A DNA stretch of 64,000 nt from an uncultured Gemmatimonadales bacterium (GCA_963731305.1 CAVSUQ010000011.1:11670-75669), one strand, 5' to 3'. Positions 40,786-51,539 are shown, numbered from the stretch's first letter. Notes: generated by a model from the sequence alone, not told the origin. Made by a program: numbers and translations.

Positions 40786-43700
40786 TCACCGCTTTGCGTC
40801 CAGCTGCGCCAACAACGTCGCCACCGCGGCGTCCAGTTGTGAATCCTTCCCCGAATAACTCTCACCCATGGGCCGCGTAACCTCCACGTCGACAGGCCGC
40901 GGGTGCAGCTCCATGTCCTTGCCGTCGATACCGGTGATGCGCGTCGATGGCAGACGCTCCGTTGTTCCGTCGATGAGCGTTGCCGCCGACGTGAAGATGA
41001 TCCAGCCGGCAGTCGGCTCACCGACCACCTTGCCGAGCTTGAGCGTGCGATAGCCCTGCGTGAAGTCCTCGCCGTCGCTCAGCGTGTGCTGATTCGTAAC
41101 GAGAACCGTTGGCCGCTCGAGCGAGCGTTGGCCGAGCTGCGTGCGCGCCGACACGATGGGCCGGTCGCGGCTCTGCATGTTGAGGTATGGCTCGCGCGAA
41201 AGGACGTCGATCGCGTAGACGTTGACGAAGCCGCCGTTGTTGTTGCGAACGTCGATCACCACTCCCTCTCGCGTCATGTTCTGTGCGTCGAGATCGACGT
41301 AGAGCTGGTTGAGCGCATCCTGCGACATGTCGTACATGTGCACATAGCCAAGCCGGCCATGGCTGGCGTTCTCGACGTAAGCGCGCCGTTGCTCCACCCA
41401 TGCGCGATACAGGAGTGCCTTCGCGGTCGTCGTGTTGACAGGGAGCACCGCGATGTCGCGCGCCGGCGTCGCCGGAGCTGGCGCTACACCGAGAACGGTG
41501 CGCTTGCCGATGGTGTACGCAAGCAGCTCCTCGAGGTTGCTGTGCGACGACAGCGGAGCTCCGTTCACGCTCGTGAGATACTCGTCCGACTTTGATCCCC
41601 GAGACCGCGGCAGGCGAGAGTGGGACAACCTCCGTTATACGGAACTGTCCGTTACGCTCATATGCATCGCGGTCGAAGCTCAGTCCGAGCCGGCCGGCGT
41701 ACGCAGGGTGCGGCGCGGGTGCGCCGATGCCCGAGTGCGACGAGTTGAGCTCGCCGACAAGAAGCGAGAGAATACGACGCATCTGGTCCGGCGTCTCTGC
41801 TCCAGCGATTCTGCGCGAGTACTCCGTGCGGATCGCGTTCCAGTCCACGCCGTTCATCGTCGGATTGAAGAAGTTGTCGCGCAGATAGCTCCACGCTTCA
41901 GCGAACACCTCCATCTTTTCCTGCGAGAAATCGACGTCCATCTCGGCGGATACAGCGAGTGGCTTCGCGGCGCGCGATTCCACGTTTATGCTGTTCATCC
42001 GTCCGTTCTCGAGATAGAACACCTCTTTCCCATCCGGGCGACCACTGCGCGTCCGACTTGCGGCCCGCAGAGGACGTGAGCTGTCTGGCAACCGGTGCAT
42101 CTTTCGCGAGATCATCGAGCGAGTAGACGTAAAGATTGGTCTGGCCAGCTGCTCCGGCGGTGAGCAGCGCGGATTTGCCGTCGGGACTTATCGATACGTC
42201 AAAGACATCCACTTCGACCGGAAGCAGCGAAAGCCTATCCCGAATCTTGTCGAAGTCGATGGTGATCGGTCTCGGTCGACGGACGCGCGATAACGCTGCG
42301 GTGCGCCGAGTCGCGGCGACGTCGTGTCGTTTCGGGCCGGCTGTGCAGTGTCGCGTGGTGAGCCCGGCGTCTGGCGGCGAAGCTGCTGTTGCGTCTGGGG
42401 CGATGGCGGCCGCGGTGATTCTTCGCGGAACAGATCGTGAAACTGGTCCTCACGGAAATGCGGAGTGCGCGGAATCAGATCGACACGTGCGAGCTGCCGA
42501 GTCTCGGTGCGTTGACCCGTGGAGACGAGAATGTAGGTGCCGTCGTGACTCCAGGCGATCGAGCTGCTGGAAGTGTTCGCGAGGAAGGTCACGGGCCGAC
42601 TCTCGCCGCCCGCGACGCTCACCACCTGCACATTCGCGAAGTCGCGCGGGCCCGCGGTCGAGGTGTATGCGATCCAGCGGCTATCCGGCGAGAAGCGCAT
42701 CTCGCTGCGACCAAGGAACGGCGGTCGATTGAGCGAAGCCATCGCAAGCAGCCGATCAGTATGGCTGGAGAGATCCAGCACGCGAAGCTCCTTCGCATCA
42801 CGGGTGTACGCGATGTGCGCGCCGTCCGGCGACCACGTCGGCGACACGTCGCTCGAGGTGCCGCGCGTGAGCTGAGTCTCCGTGCTCGTCGCGAAGTCGT
42901 ACGTGAAGAGATGACGAGGTCCGTCGCGATCACTGGTGTAGACGATGCGCCGGCTGTCCGGTGCCCAGTCGATCTGGTCTTCAGCGGCCGGCGTGTTCGT
43001 CACTCTCGTTGCACTTCCACCGTCCCTTGATGACGCGGCAAACACTTCGCCGTGTACCACGAACGCGACCTTTTTTCCATCCGGCGACAGCGCGAACTGC
43101 TGAATGCCGTTGGTGAAAGTGCGATGCTCGACGCCGACGGTCGCCGGCGAGCCGCGGAGTGTGATAGGTACCGCGGCCGCCTGATGCGTGCCCACATCGT
43201 AGCGCCAGATTCCGAAGTCACGCTCGAATACGATCGCACTTCCATTCGCCGCAATCGCCGGCCACAGCACTCGGCCATCCGTGAAGGTCGTGAGCTGACG
43301 CGGTGTTGCATTGGCTGACGCGGATTGAGTCCAGAGATTCGCGGAGCCACTCCGGTCGGATACATAATAGATGCTGGCGCCGTCCTGACTCCACATCGGC
43401 CAGCCGCTCTTCGCACCCATCGCGACGATCGGTGTGTAACTCGGAACACCGTGTACGTCGCGAACCAGATCGATCTCGCTCTCGTCGAGATGACTGTGAC
43501 CCTTGCGCCACCACTGACCGCGCGACACTCCGCGCGCAGTTATGGCGAGCGTCGCGCCATCGGGAGAAGGAGCACCCCAGTATTCGGCCGCATATCGATC
43601 GGCAGCGACAGGCATTGGCGTGCCACCATCCGAATGCACGCGATACTCGTCGCTCATGCCGGAGATGTCGTTGCGGCCGGACGAGAAGTATAACCACGCT

Positions 43701-44155
43701 CCATCGTGCGACCAGCTGTCCAGCTGCGCCGGCTGATCATCGTACGTGATACGCGTGAGCTGGCCGGTCGCAAGCGTGAGAACGTAGATGTCGCCGTTAC
43801 CCGTGCGCGTCGATACGAACGCGACGCGTGTGCCATCGGGCGAGTACAGAGGACGGGATTCGTCGGCGTCGTTCGACACCAGCAGTCGCGCATCGCCGCC
43901 CCGCGATGGAACCGTCCAGATATCGCCCGCCGAAACGAAGGCTATCTCGCTGCCATCGGGTGATATGCTCGGCTCCGAGTACGATGGAATGGCGACGGGA
44001 GCGGCAATGGCACGAGCGGCGGGGTGATGCAGAACCAGCGATCCACCTGGCACGACGGCAAGCGCGGCAGACGCGGCAAGAACGACACGTGATGGAAACA
44101 CCATGGCGACTGAAAGCAGAGGGTTCGGCGCCGGAGCTGCCGGCGCCGAACCCAT
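40786..44155 (-). pseudogene. Tricorn protease homologue (beta-propellers + PDZ + S41 peptidase), at least 3 frame changes between about 41600 and 42200
   Basis: The N-terminal propellers are in ORF 42188-44155 (PSISPDGSEIAFVSAGDIWTV, LYSPDGTRVAFVSTRTGNGDIYV). Middle parts are in ORFs 41898-42212 and 41018-42115. The S41 C-terminal part is in ORF 40786-41628 (VIDVRNNNGGFV, LVTNQHTLSDGEDF). Confidence 0.8.
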
Positions 44156-44205
44156 TATGCATCTACATTCGACAGTCCGCTACGGGTGTGCTGGCCAGAT
44201 CCGTC

Positions 44206-44745
44206 TCAATGAGTGAAGAACGAGAGGCCGAACAGTACGGCGAGCTCATTGGCGCTTCCATACTGCCCGGAGCTGAATTCGTGGTTGTACGCGCCCTCGA
44301 GGCGAACCGCGAGCCTGTCGGCGATCGGAATCTTCGTGCCCACGCCAACGCCTGCCTCCGCCTGGGTATACGACCCGCCGCCGGACTCGCCTGTCAGACC
44401 CACGAAGGGCCGCACGTAAGGTCCGATGCCGACTCTGTTATTGGAGACGTGGTACAGGATGCCGACATCGCCACCATACTCGGTGTAGGTCGAGCCACTG
44501 CCGCTCACTGAAACAACGTTGATCCGAGGCTCGATCGAGAGCCTGTTGCTGACGAAGAAGCCGACCCGAAACTCTCCGTTCGGGATCGATACCATCGTCA
44601 CACCATCGCTGCCGAGGGTCCGGCCGATCCCGGCGTCGATACCCAGCTCGATGGGATTTGCCGAAGCCGAAGCACTCTGTGCCGACGCGGTCGACGCGGA
44701 CATGCCTGCGAGAACCAGCAGTGACACTGATGCCAATCGCTTCAT
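44206..44745 (-). CDS. Small outer-membrane beta-barrel protein
   Basis: Start MKRLASVSLLVLAGMSASTASAQS (ATG 44745), amphipathic strand pattern, C-terminal ...LAVLFGLSFFTH. Confidence 0.6.
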   Translation of the reverse strand: MKRLASVSLLVLAGMSASTASAQSASASANPIELGIDAGIGRTLGSDGVTMVSIPNGEFRVGFFVSNRLSIEPRINVVSVSGSGSTYTEYGGDVGILYHVSNNRVGIGPYVRPFVGLTGESGGGSYTQAEAGVGVGTKIPIADRLAVRLEGAYNHEFSSGQYGSANELAVLFGLSFFTH

Positions 44746-44756
44746 CAATTCGATCT

Positions 44757-45312
44757 TCACTTGGTACCCTCCGCAATCGCGCTCTTGACCGCCTCGGTTA
44801 CGCGATCGGCGATTCCAGTTCCGCCAGTGCACGGAGTCGCATAACCCGACACCGAATTCGGCTTCGCAAATGCGTTGACCGTGTTTCCGATCGTGCTCGA
44901 CGCACTGGATCCACTAAGCGACGTGCGCACCTGTATCGTCACGTCGTAATGGTCCACATTCGGAACACCCGCGACGTCGCCACAGTTGAGCATCGAGCCG
45001 AGTGACTTGCCTCCGAAGTCCGCCCGGGAGCGCTGTCGCTCGCCCTCGATGACGTGCGTCGTGGAATCGTACTTCGTGACGGTGAGGCCCAACCTGCTGT
45101 ATGCTATCGGCAGATATTGCCAGGTCGTGAGGGCCGGACTCGTTAGCGTATATGACGTTTCCGGGCTGTTCTCCGGTATGTAGGAACCGACTGTCAGTAT
45201 CGCCGTAAAGTACGTTCCTCACGCCCGGGCTCTGGCTCTCGCTCGCAGACCCGCCTGCGCTCGCGCAGGCTGCAACCGCTATCAGCAGGCTCAATAATCC
45301 CGTCTTTCTCAT
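44757..45312 (-). pseudogene. Hypothetical lipoprotein, one frame change near 45095
   Basis: The lipobox LLIAVAACASAGG is in ORF 44914-45312. The sequence continues in ORF 44757-45092 (LTVTKYDSTTHVIEGER...). Confidence 0.45.
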
Positions 45313-45473
45313 AACTCCCTCCGGAACGAAAATGTTCGTGCAGGGGCGAACGTGACCCTCACATTCGGAAGGTACGATTTCCGGAGACCCAGCGACAGAC
45401 GTTGCTCGCCCGTAATTTTAGGGCACTCCCCGAACAACTTCGTGTACTCAGACGACCCACACCAACCCCGAAC

Positions 45474-46409
45474 ATGATAGTTCATGCCCTTCTGCAGGCG
45501 GCCGAAGATCAGATCACTGCATCCGATCTTGTTCTTGAATACGCCGGATTTCTCGCGTACTTCGGCGTATTCGGTGCTCTGGGGTTCCGCTGGCTCGTCC
45601 TGGCGCGCACGGCTACCGGTGGACCGGCCGCGTCGCGGGACGACGCCGTTGCCAGAGCTCTCCAGCCGGCTGACACTGGCGCGGCCGTAGTCGGCCTCAT
45701 CGGCACGCTCTTCATGCTCATAAATCTGCTGATGAGCATATCGGCTCGGGCAGCAGGAAAGGGAATTTCATTCGGAGCGGCAATCTCCGCGGGTGGAAGC
45801 AGAATAACGGTGCCGTTCGTGTTCATCGCACTGTTTTTCATCACGTTCGCCATAGCTCTCAAGCGCGTACGCACGGCGTGGATCGTCGCAGGTCTCGTGG
45901 GCCTCGCGTACGCGTTGCAGAACATCACGTCCGGCAAGTGGACGTCGCTGGTGAATCCGGTGCACGAGACAGCTGCATCACTCTGGCTTGGCACGTTGCT
46001 CGTGGTCGTTGCCGTCGGTCTGCCGGCGATTCTGCGAAGCACACTGCCTACCGAGCGGCGTGGGCTGGTCGTGGCGGACATGATCAACAGATTCTCGCCA
46101 GTTGCGATCTGCGCATCACTGTTGCTTGTCGTCACCGGCGTGACTACAGCGTGGCGTCATCTAAAGTTCGTGGCGGCGCTGTGGACGACTTCGTACGGTT
46201 ACGCGCTGGACCTCAAGCTCGTATTCGTCGCGATCGTCGCGGCACTCGGTGCGTGGAACTGGCGACGCATGAGACCGCGACTGGGGACGGAAGCAGCCGC
46301 GCACGAAATACATCGCAGTGCGAAGGGCGAGCTGTTTTTCGCCGCGATCGTGCTCCTGATCACTGGCGTGCTCGTGAGTCTTCCTGGGCCGCGCCTGCCA
46401 CACCCGTAG
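45474..46409 (+). CDS. CopD-family copper-resistance membrane protein
   Basis: Eight predicted TM segments. HETAASLWLGTLLVVVAVGLP and C-terminal AAIVLLITGVLVSLP are typical of the CopD domain. ATG 45474 is preferred over the TTG at 45402. Confidence 0.6.
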   Translation: MIVHALLQAAEDQITASDLVLEYAGFLAYFGVFGALGFRWLVLARTATGGPAASRDDAVARALQPADTGAAVVGLIGTLFMLINLLMSISARAAGKGISFGAAISAGGSRITVPFVFIALFFITFAIALKRVRTAWIVAGLVGLAYALQNITSGKWTSLVNPVHETAASLWLGTLLVVVAVGLPAILRSTLPTERRGLVVADMINRFSPVAICASLLLVVTGVTTAWRHLKFVAALWTTSYGYALDLKLVFVAIVAALGAWNWRRMRPRLGTEAAAHEIHRSAKGELFFAAIVLLITGVLVSLPGPRLPHP

Positions 46410-46422
46410 CTGATGCGCGAAG

Positions 46423-47745
46423 CTACGGCATGACGCGATGCGGCTCGCCGCTTGCGGCGTCCGCGCCCAGCGGAGCCGCAAGCACGCCACGCGCTATGTA
46501 GATCGGGTGCATCACCGCACGTAGCCCTGGCAGCCGCGACGCGAACCAGATTCCGGCCGCCACCGATACCGCACCGCCGAACAGGATCGTGTACTCGGAT
46601 CCGATGCGCGCGGCGACCGCTCCTGCAAGCAGACTGCCGATCGGTGCGGTACCGAGGAACGCCATGACGTAGTAGGCCATGACGCGCCCGCGGAGTCGTT
46701 CGTCGACCAGCGTCTGGATTATCGTGTTGATCGACGCCATCTGCACCATGAAGCCCGCGCCGACTATCGGAAGAATCGCGAGCGACAGCCACAGCACTCG
46801 TGAGAGCGCGAAGCCGATGAGGCCGAGTCCGAATGTAATCGTCGCTGCTGCGGTGACATCTTCAAGGCCAAGTACGGATACACGCGCGGCAAGATAGAGC
46901 GCGCCGATGAGCGCCCCCACTCCTGATGCCGTCATTAGAAAGCCGAGTGTGTGGGCGCCACCGTGAAGCGTCTGCGTCGCGATCGCCGGCATGAGCACCG
47001 TGTAGGGCATGCTCATCATGCTCACCACTGCAAGCAGTATCAGCGCGGTGCGAATCGGCAGCGACCGCCGAATGTACTGCAGCCCTGCACGCAGCTCTTC
47101 CATCACCTGCGTCGTTATCGGCGCGCGCTCGGCGCGCGTAACGTGCATCGCGAACAGTGACGCGATGACCGCGACGTAGGAGATCGCGTCGATCATGAAG
47201 CACCAGCCCTCGCCCGCGAGGGCGATGATCATTCCACCGATGGACGGACCGATGATGCGGCTCGCGTTGACCATCGTGGAGTTCAGCGCGATCGCATTGG
47301 CCAGATAGCTCCGGTCTTCCACCATCTCGACCACGAAGGCCTGCCGCGCTGGCGTATCGAACGAGTTGATCGCACCCTGGGCGAGCTGCAGGATGAGGAT
47401 CTCCGTCACGTTGATCACGCCGGTGAACGCGAGAATCGCGAGCGCGAGCGACTGAAGCATCGACAGGATCTGCGTGACGACCAGAACAGTGTGACGATTC
47501 CAGCGGTCGATCAGGACGCCCGCGAACGGGCTGATCACGAGCGTCGGGATCTGGCTGCAGAAACCGACGACGCCGAGCAGGAAGGCGGAGCCTGTGAGCC
47601 GGTAGACCAGCCAGCTGGTCGCAATTCGAGTGATCCAGGTGCCGACGAGCGAGACGCTCTGTCCGCCAAAGAAGAGACGGTAGTTGCGGCTGCTGAGCGC
47701 GCGTCCGATTCCGAGTCGGCGGCCGGGTTTGACGGTTGCGGTCAT
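46423..47745 (-). CDS. MFS transporter (EntS/MFS_3-like)
   Basis: 440 aa and 12 TM. YRLFFGGQSVSLVGTWITRIATSWLVY and DRWNRHTVLVVTQ are typical of the family. Confidence 0.8.
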   Translation of the reverse strand: MTATVKPGRRLGIGRALSSRNYRLFFGGQSVSLVGTWITRIATSWLVYRLTGSAFLLGVVGFCSQIPTLVISPFAGVLIDRWNRHTVLVVTQILSMLQSLALAILAFTGVINVTEILILQLAQGAINSFDTPARQAFVVEMVEDRSYLANAIALNSTMVNASRIIGPSIGGMIIALAGEGWCFMIDAISYVAVIASLFAMHVTRAERAPITTQVMEELRAGLQYIRRSLPIRTALILLAVVSMMSMPYTVLMPAIATQTLHGGAHTLGFLMTASGVGALIGALYLAARVSVLGLEDVTAAATITFGLGLIGFALSRVLWLSLAILPIVGAGFMVQMASINTIIQTLVDERLRGRVMAYYVMAFLGTAPIGSLLAGAVAARIGSEYTILFGGAVSVAAGIWFASRLPGLRAVMHPIYIARGVLAAPLGADAASGEPHRVMP

Positions 47746-47815
47746 AAGGTCATGCCGCGTTGCCGTGATTCAAGTAGTACGCCGCCGCTACTTCCGGCGG
47801 CTCCGAGCATCCTGC

Positions 47816-48208
47816 TCAGCGCTCGTCAGTCGCGGCGGAAGTCGTGGCGGAAGTTGTAGCGGAACTCGCGGTGGCTGCGGCGGTCGCCGGCGTAGTTGCC
47901 TCGACCCATTCACTCGCCCAGTTGCCGATCGCGATGATGGCAGCTTCGAGCGCCCGTCCCTTGGGCGTGAGCTCGTATTCGATGCGCACCGGCGTCGTTG
48001 GAAACACGTGTCTCTCGAGAACGCCTTCCGCTTCGAGCTCGCGGAGCCGTTCGGCGAGCATGCGATCGCTGATATCGGGGACGGATTCCCTTATCTCGTG
48101 GTACCGGGCCTTGCCGGCGAGCATGGCGCTGATGATCGCGCCGGTCCATCGCCGTCCGATAAGCTCGACCGCCTTATGATACTTGGGGCAAATCGATTCC
48201 TGGCTCAT
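47816..48208 (-). CDS. HxlR-family winged-helix transcriptional regulator
   Basis: CPKYHKAVELIGRRWTGAIISAMLAGKARYHEIRESVPDISDRMLAERLRELEAEGVLERHVFPTTPVRIEYELTPKG. Thr/Ala/Ser-rich C-terminal tail. Confidence 0.9.
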   Translation of the reverse strand: MSQESICPKYHKAVELIGRRWTGAIISAMLAGKARYHEIRESVPDISDRMLAERLRELEAEGVLERHVFPTTPVRIEYELTPKGRALEAAIIAIGNWASEWVEATTPATAAATASSATTSATTSAATDER

Positions 48209-48242
48209 ATCATGTAAGTAAGCATTGGATAGGGCATTGACA

Positions 48243-48270
48243 ATAGTTACTTATCTAAATATAGTTACTT
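48243..48270. promoter_or_regulatory. Direct repeat ATAGTTACTT (x2, 18-nt phase) in the AT-rich HxlR/YceI divergent intergenic region; operator candidate
   Basis: atagttactt occurs at 48243-48252 and 48261-48270. The inverted partner aagtaa occurs at about 48216. Confidence 0.3.
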
Positions 48271-48333
48271 GCAGAAAGTTATCAATATGAGTTGAAGCTT
48301 TCCTCAACCTAAAAGGCATAGCCGGAGACGAAG

Positions 48334-48906
48334 ATGGCCGTTTCAGCAGAGGGTGTTACGGGCGAGACCTCGAGTCGCGCGGGGACGTGGAACGTCGATC
48401 CAGCCCATTCCGGGGTCGAGTTCACAGTTACTCACCTGATGATTTCCAAGGTCAGGGGTCGATTCTCGGACATCTCGGGATCGGTTGTGACGGATGGGAC
48501 GCCCGAGGGCTCGCGGGTCGAGGTGGAGATCGGGACGGCGAGCATCAGCACGCACGACAACGGGCGCGACACGCACCTTCGCTCGGCCGACTTCTTCGAC
48601 GTGGAGCAGTACCCCAAGATCCGGTTCGTGAGCACTTCGGTGAAATCGAAGAGCGACGATGAGTTTCGTGTGACTGGCGACCTCACCATCAAGGGCGTCA
48701 CGAAGTCTGTGGACATGGACGTGACGAGCGAGGGCTCGGGCCGGGATCCGTGGGGGATCGATCGGGCGGGCTTCAGTGGCACGCTCAAGATCGATCGCCG
48801 TGATTTCGGGCTTACCTGGAACCAGGCCCTGGAGACCGGCGGTGTGATGGTTTCGAATGAGGTAAAGCTCACGATAGACGTCGAACTCACGCACGTAGCG
48901 CAGTAG
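48334..48906 (+). CDS. YceI-family (polyisoprenoid-binding) protein
   Basis: WNVDPAHSGVEFTVTHLMISKVRGRF...HLRSADFFDVEQYPKIRFVS...GDLTIKGVTKSV...RRDFGLTWN. Confidence 0.9.
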   Translation: MAVSAEGVTGETSSRAGTWNVDPAHSGVEFTVTHLMISKVRGRFSDISGSVVTDGTPEGSRVEVEIGTASISTHDNGRDTHLRSADFFDVEQYPKIRFVSTSVKSKSDDEFRVTGDLTIKGVTKSVDMDVTSEGSGRDPWGIDRAGFSGTLKIDRRDFGLTWNQALETGGVMVSNEVKLTIDVELTHVAQ

Positions 48907-48985
48907 AATCGGTAATTAGCACGAATTTTGCCCCCCTTCCGGGTTTGCGGGACCTAACACACGGCATACCAGCAAACTCGAAGAG

Positions 48986-49627
48986 GTGGCAATCATGGTA
49001 CGTGGGACCAGGAGCAGTGCATTCGCAGTCGCGCTTGGCGCGCTGGCGATGCTTGGGGCATGTAAGAAGAGCGACACCAACGCGACTGACACCACGACGA
49101 TGGCCAGCGCGGACACATCAATGAAGGCCGGTACCGGCTCGAGCACGTCGATGAACGCAGCGAAGCCGGAATCGACCGCGATGACGGACGCCGGGATCTT
49201 TGCGATGTTGGCGGCCGCGAACCGGGGCGAGATCGACGCGGGAAAGATGGCAGAGACCAAGGCGACCAACGCTTCGGTCAAGGCGTTCGCGCGTGACATG
49301 GTGACGGATCACACCAAGTTGCTCGATCAGGGCAACGCGCTCGCGAAGAAGTTGAACATCACTCCCGATTCGACGGCGGCTGATTCGATCAACGCGATGA
49401 ACCAGTCCACCGCGTCGACGCTCAGCGCCGCGGCCAAGGGACCGGCGTTCGACTCAGCCTACGTCAACGCACAGGTGACGGGCCATCAGTACGTGCTCGA
49501 CCTGGTGAAGCGGGCAGAGGGAGCGGCTCAGAACGCGCAGCTCAAGGCAGCGCTCACGAACGAGGTCCAGCCGAAGATCCAACAGCACCTGGACCGAATT
49601 CAGAGCATTCAGAGCAAGATGAAGTAA
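48986..49627 (+). CDS. DUF4142 domain lipoprotein
   Basis: Lipobox LGALAMLGAC. Ferritin-like four-helix signature GEIDAGKMAETKATNASVKAFARDMVTDHTK...FDSAYVNAQVTGHQYVLDL. Confidence 0.75.
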   Translation: MAIMVRGTRSSAFAVALGALAMLGACKKSDTNATDTTTMASADTSMKAGTGSSTSMNAAKPESTAMTDAGIFAMLAAANRGEIDAGKMAETKATNASVKAFARDMVTDHTKLLDQGNALAKKLNITPDSTAADSINAMNQSTASTLSAAAKGPAFDSAYVNAQVTGHQYVLDLVKRAEGAAQNAQLKAALTNEVQPKIQQHLDRIQSIQSKMK

Positions 49628-49794
49628 GCGCGACCGCCCCGAGCGGGCGGGACATCGACCGGGTGTACCTGACCGGAGTGGAGCGTCGCTCGAGACGGAT
49701 GCTCCACTACCTGGTCGATGCGATGCGGTCGACACAATCGACCGACATCAAGTACCTGATTCAGAGGCAGGCTCCGGCTTTCCTCTCAGACATG

Positions 49795-49850
49795 AACCGC
49801 GCACACGCGCTCAGGGGCGAACTCTGAGCGAGGGTGCGCGGTTTAGTTTC
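49795..49850. terminator. Extended hairpin between convergent DUF4142 and RCC1 genes
   Basis: aaccgcgcac (49795-49804) pairs with gtgcgcggtt (49834-49843). An inner stem cgctcag/ctgagcg is present. It is followed by the moderately T-rich tagtttcc. Confidence 0.5.
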
Positions 49851-51282
49851 CTGCAATGTTATTGCCGGCTGGTGTTGCTGCATCGATCGTGTCGCCGCTA
49901 CCGAGTTCTCCGTATTGATTGCCTCCCCAGCACCACAGACGGCCGGTCACAGTGATGCCGCACGTACTCCACACTCCGACATCGATGTGCTGAAACTGAA
50001 TTCCATCGAGGACCTGGTTCGGCGCAGTAACAGAATGCAGTTGGTTTAGAACCAGGCCCAGACCGTTCTGGCCGTCATCTTCGGTTCCCCAGCAGTAGGC
50101 GAATCCGCCCGCGAGCCCGCAAATGAATGCGACGCCAGGCTGAAGCGTGGTAAACGGGGGGCCGTTGCCGAGGAAGCCTACCACACCGTTCGCGGGCTGC
50201 GATATACCGAATGGAAACACGAAGGCCGCGTCCCAGCACGACGCAGTGTTGGAGCCCGTTGTCCCGCAAACTGCTGACCCATCTGGAGCGGATCTGAGAG
50301 ACGTGAACTTTGTTGCGTCCTTTCGGGTCGGCGTCAGTTGCGGCGTACCATTCAGACTTGCGTTGCCCCAGCATACTGCTGTGCTATCCGTCGCGATTCC
50401 GCATGTACCGTCGGTGTCTGCAGTCACCGAGGTGAACTTGAAGTTGCCCGCCACTTTCGTTGGGGTATTCGTGCCGGTGGAATTACCGATGCCGAGCTGA
50501 CCGCTTGTATTCGTGCCCCAGCAGTACACGTCACCGATTTGTGTCAATCCGCAAATGTGAGCGAATCCAGCAGCGGCTTGTGTAAAGTTCAATCCAGTCG
50601 CGATTGCGCGTGGCGCTTTCGTTCCACTTGTGTCGGTCGGAATAGTTCCCCAGCAATACAGGTCGCCAATCGACGTGAGACCACAAGTAAACGAGTTTCC
50701 GAGTACCAGGCTCGTGAAGGATGGAACTCCATTCACGAGTATCGGCCTGGTATATACTGCCTGTGATGAAGCAGGATCGACCCAACCGCCGGAATTGTCT
50801 CCCCAGCAATAAGTGGCGCCGCCTACTGATAATGCGCAAGCGTGCCTGTCCTTGACCGCTACGAGCGCAAACCTGGATTCGGGCGGCGGTGGTGGGGTGA
50901 TCACGATAGCAATGCTGTCAGTGAAGTTGCCAGCAGCGACGTAAATCGTTGATTGGCCCTGAGCCAGGGCCGTTACGATTCCGTTGCTGGAAACGGACGC
51001 CAGCGACTGATCCGAGGAACTCCAGGTGGCACTATAACTTGTGAGCGGTTTGCTCTGTGCATCCAGGACCGTGTCCACCAGTTGCTCGGAGACGCCGATA
51101 TCCATAACCGCAACGCGCGGAGCAACAAATAGCCTCGTCGGAATCGGCGCCTGCGGCTGCGTCGGCAGCGCCGAACCTGGAGACGCCGAGTCGCCACCGC
51201 AGGCCAGGATGGCGAGACTCAGTACAACGAGATATGGAAGAGTTGCTCGGCGTGCATACGATACAAGGTGCGACTGCGCCAT
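49843..51282 (-). CDS. Lipoprotein with Big_2 Ig-like domain and RCC1-like (beta-propeller) repeats
   Basis: Start MAQSHLVSYARRATLPYLVVLSLAILACGG (ATG 51282). Big_2-like region (ATWSSSDQSLASVSSNGIVTALAQGQSTIYV). Six or seven repeats of the type YCWG.N..GQLG (CWGDNSGG, YCWGTNTSGQLG, YCWGTEDDGQNG, WCWGGNQYGELG). Confidence 0.75.
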   Translation of the reverse strand: MAQSHLVSYARRATLPYLVVLSLAILACGGDSASPGSALPTQPQAPIPTRLFVAPRVAVMDIGVSEQLVDTVLDAQSKPLTSYSATWSSSDQSLASVSSNGIVTALAQGQSTIYVAAGNFTDSIAIVITPPPPPESRFALVAVKDRHACALSVGGATYCWGDNSGGWVDPASSQAVYTRPILVNGVPSFTSLVLGNSFTCGLTSIGDLYCWGTIPTDTSGTKAPRAIATGLNFTQAAAGFAHICGLTQIGDVYCWGTNTSGQLGIGNSTGTNTPTKVAGNFKFTSVTADTDGTCGIATDSTAVCWGNASLNGTPQLTPTRKDATKFTSLRSAPDGSAVCGTTGSNTASCWDAAFVFPFGISQPANGVVGFLGNGPPFTTLQPGVAFICGLAGGFAYCWGTEDDGQNGLGLVLNQLHSVTAPNQVLDGIQFQHIDVGVWSTCGITVTGRLWCWGGNQYGELGSGDTIDAATPAGNNIAGN

Positions 51283-51435
51283 TAATACTCCACGCCAGGC
51301 AAATGTAAGTACAAAGACGTACGTTGCTGCTAAGGTCCTGCGCGACGCGGCGGCAACAAGAGCGCCATAATATGCGATGTCCTTACGCAATACGAAAGAC
51401 GCTGGCAGAGGTGCATCCGGCAAACCGGGGTCAGT

Positions 51436-51513
51436 AAACTGGGGTCAGAGTGCACTTTTCTTGTCGGATGCACAATCTGCTGGCGTTAGGAAAGTGCACT
51501 CTGACCCCAGTTT
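51436..51513. repeat. Perfect 23-bp inverted repeat (hairpin) with 32-nt spacer
   Basis: aaactggggtcagagtgcacttt (51436-51458) is the exact reverse complement of aaagtgcactctgaccccagttt (51491-51513). It lies directly 3' of the transposase remnant. Confidence 0.9.
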
Positions 51514-51539
51514 CCCTCAAGCTGGTGAGAAGCGCGTGC

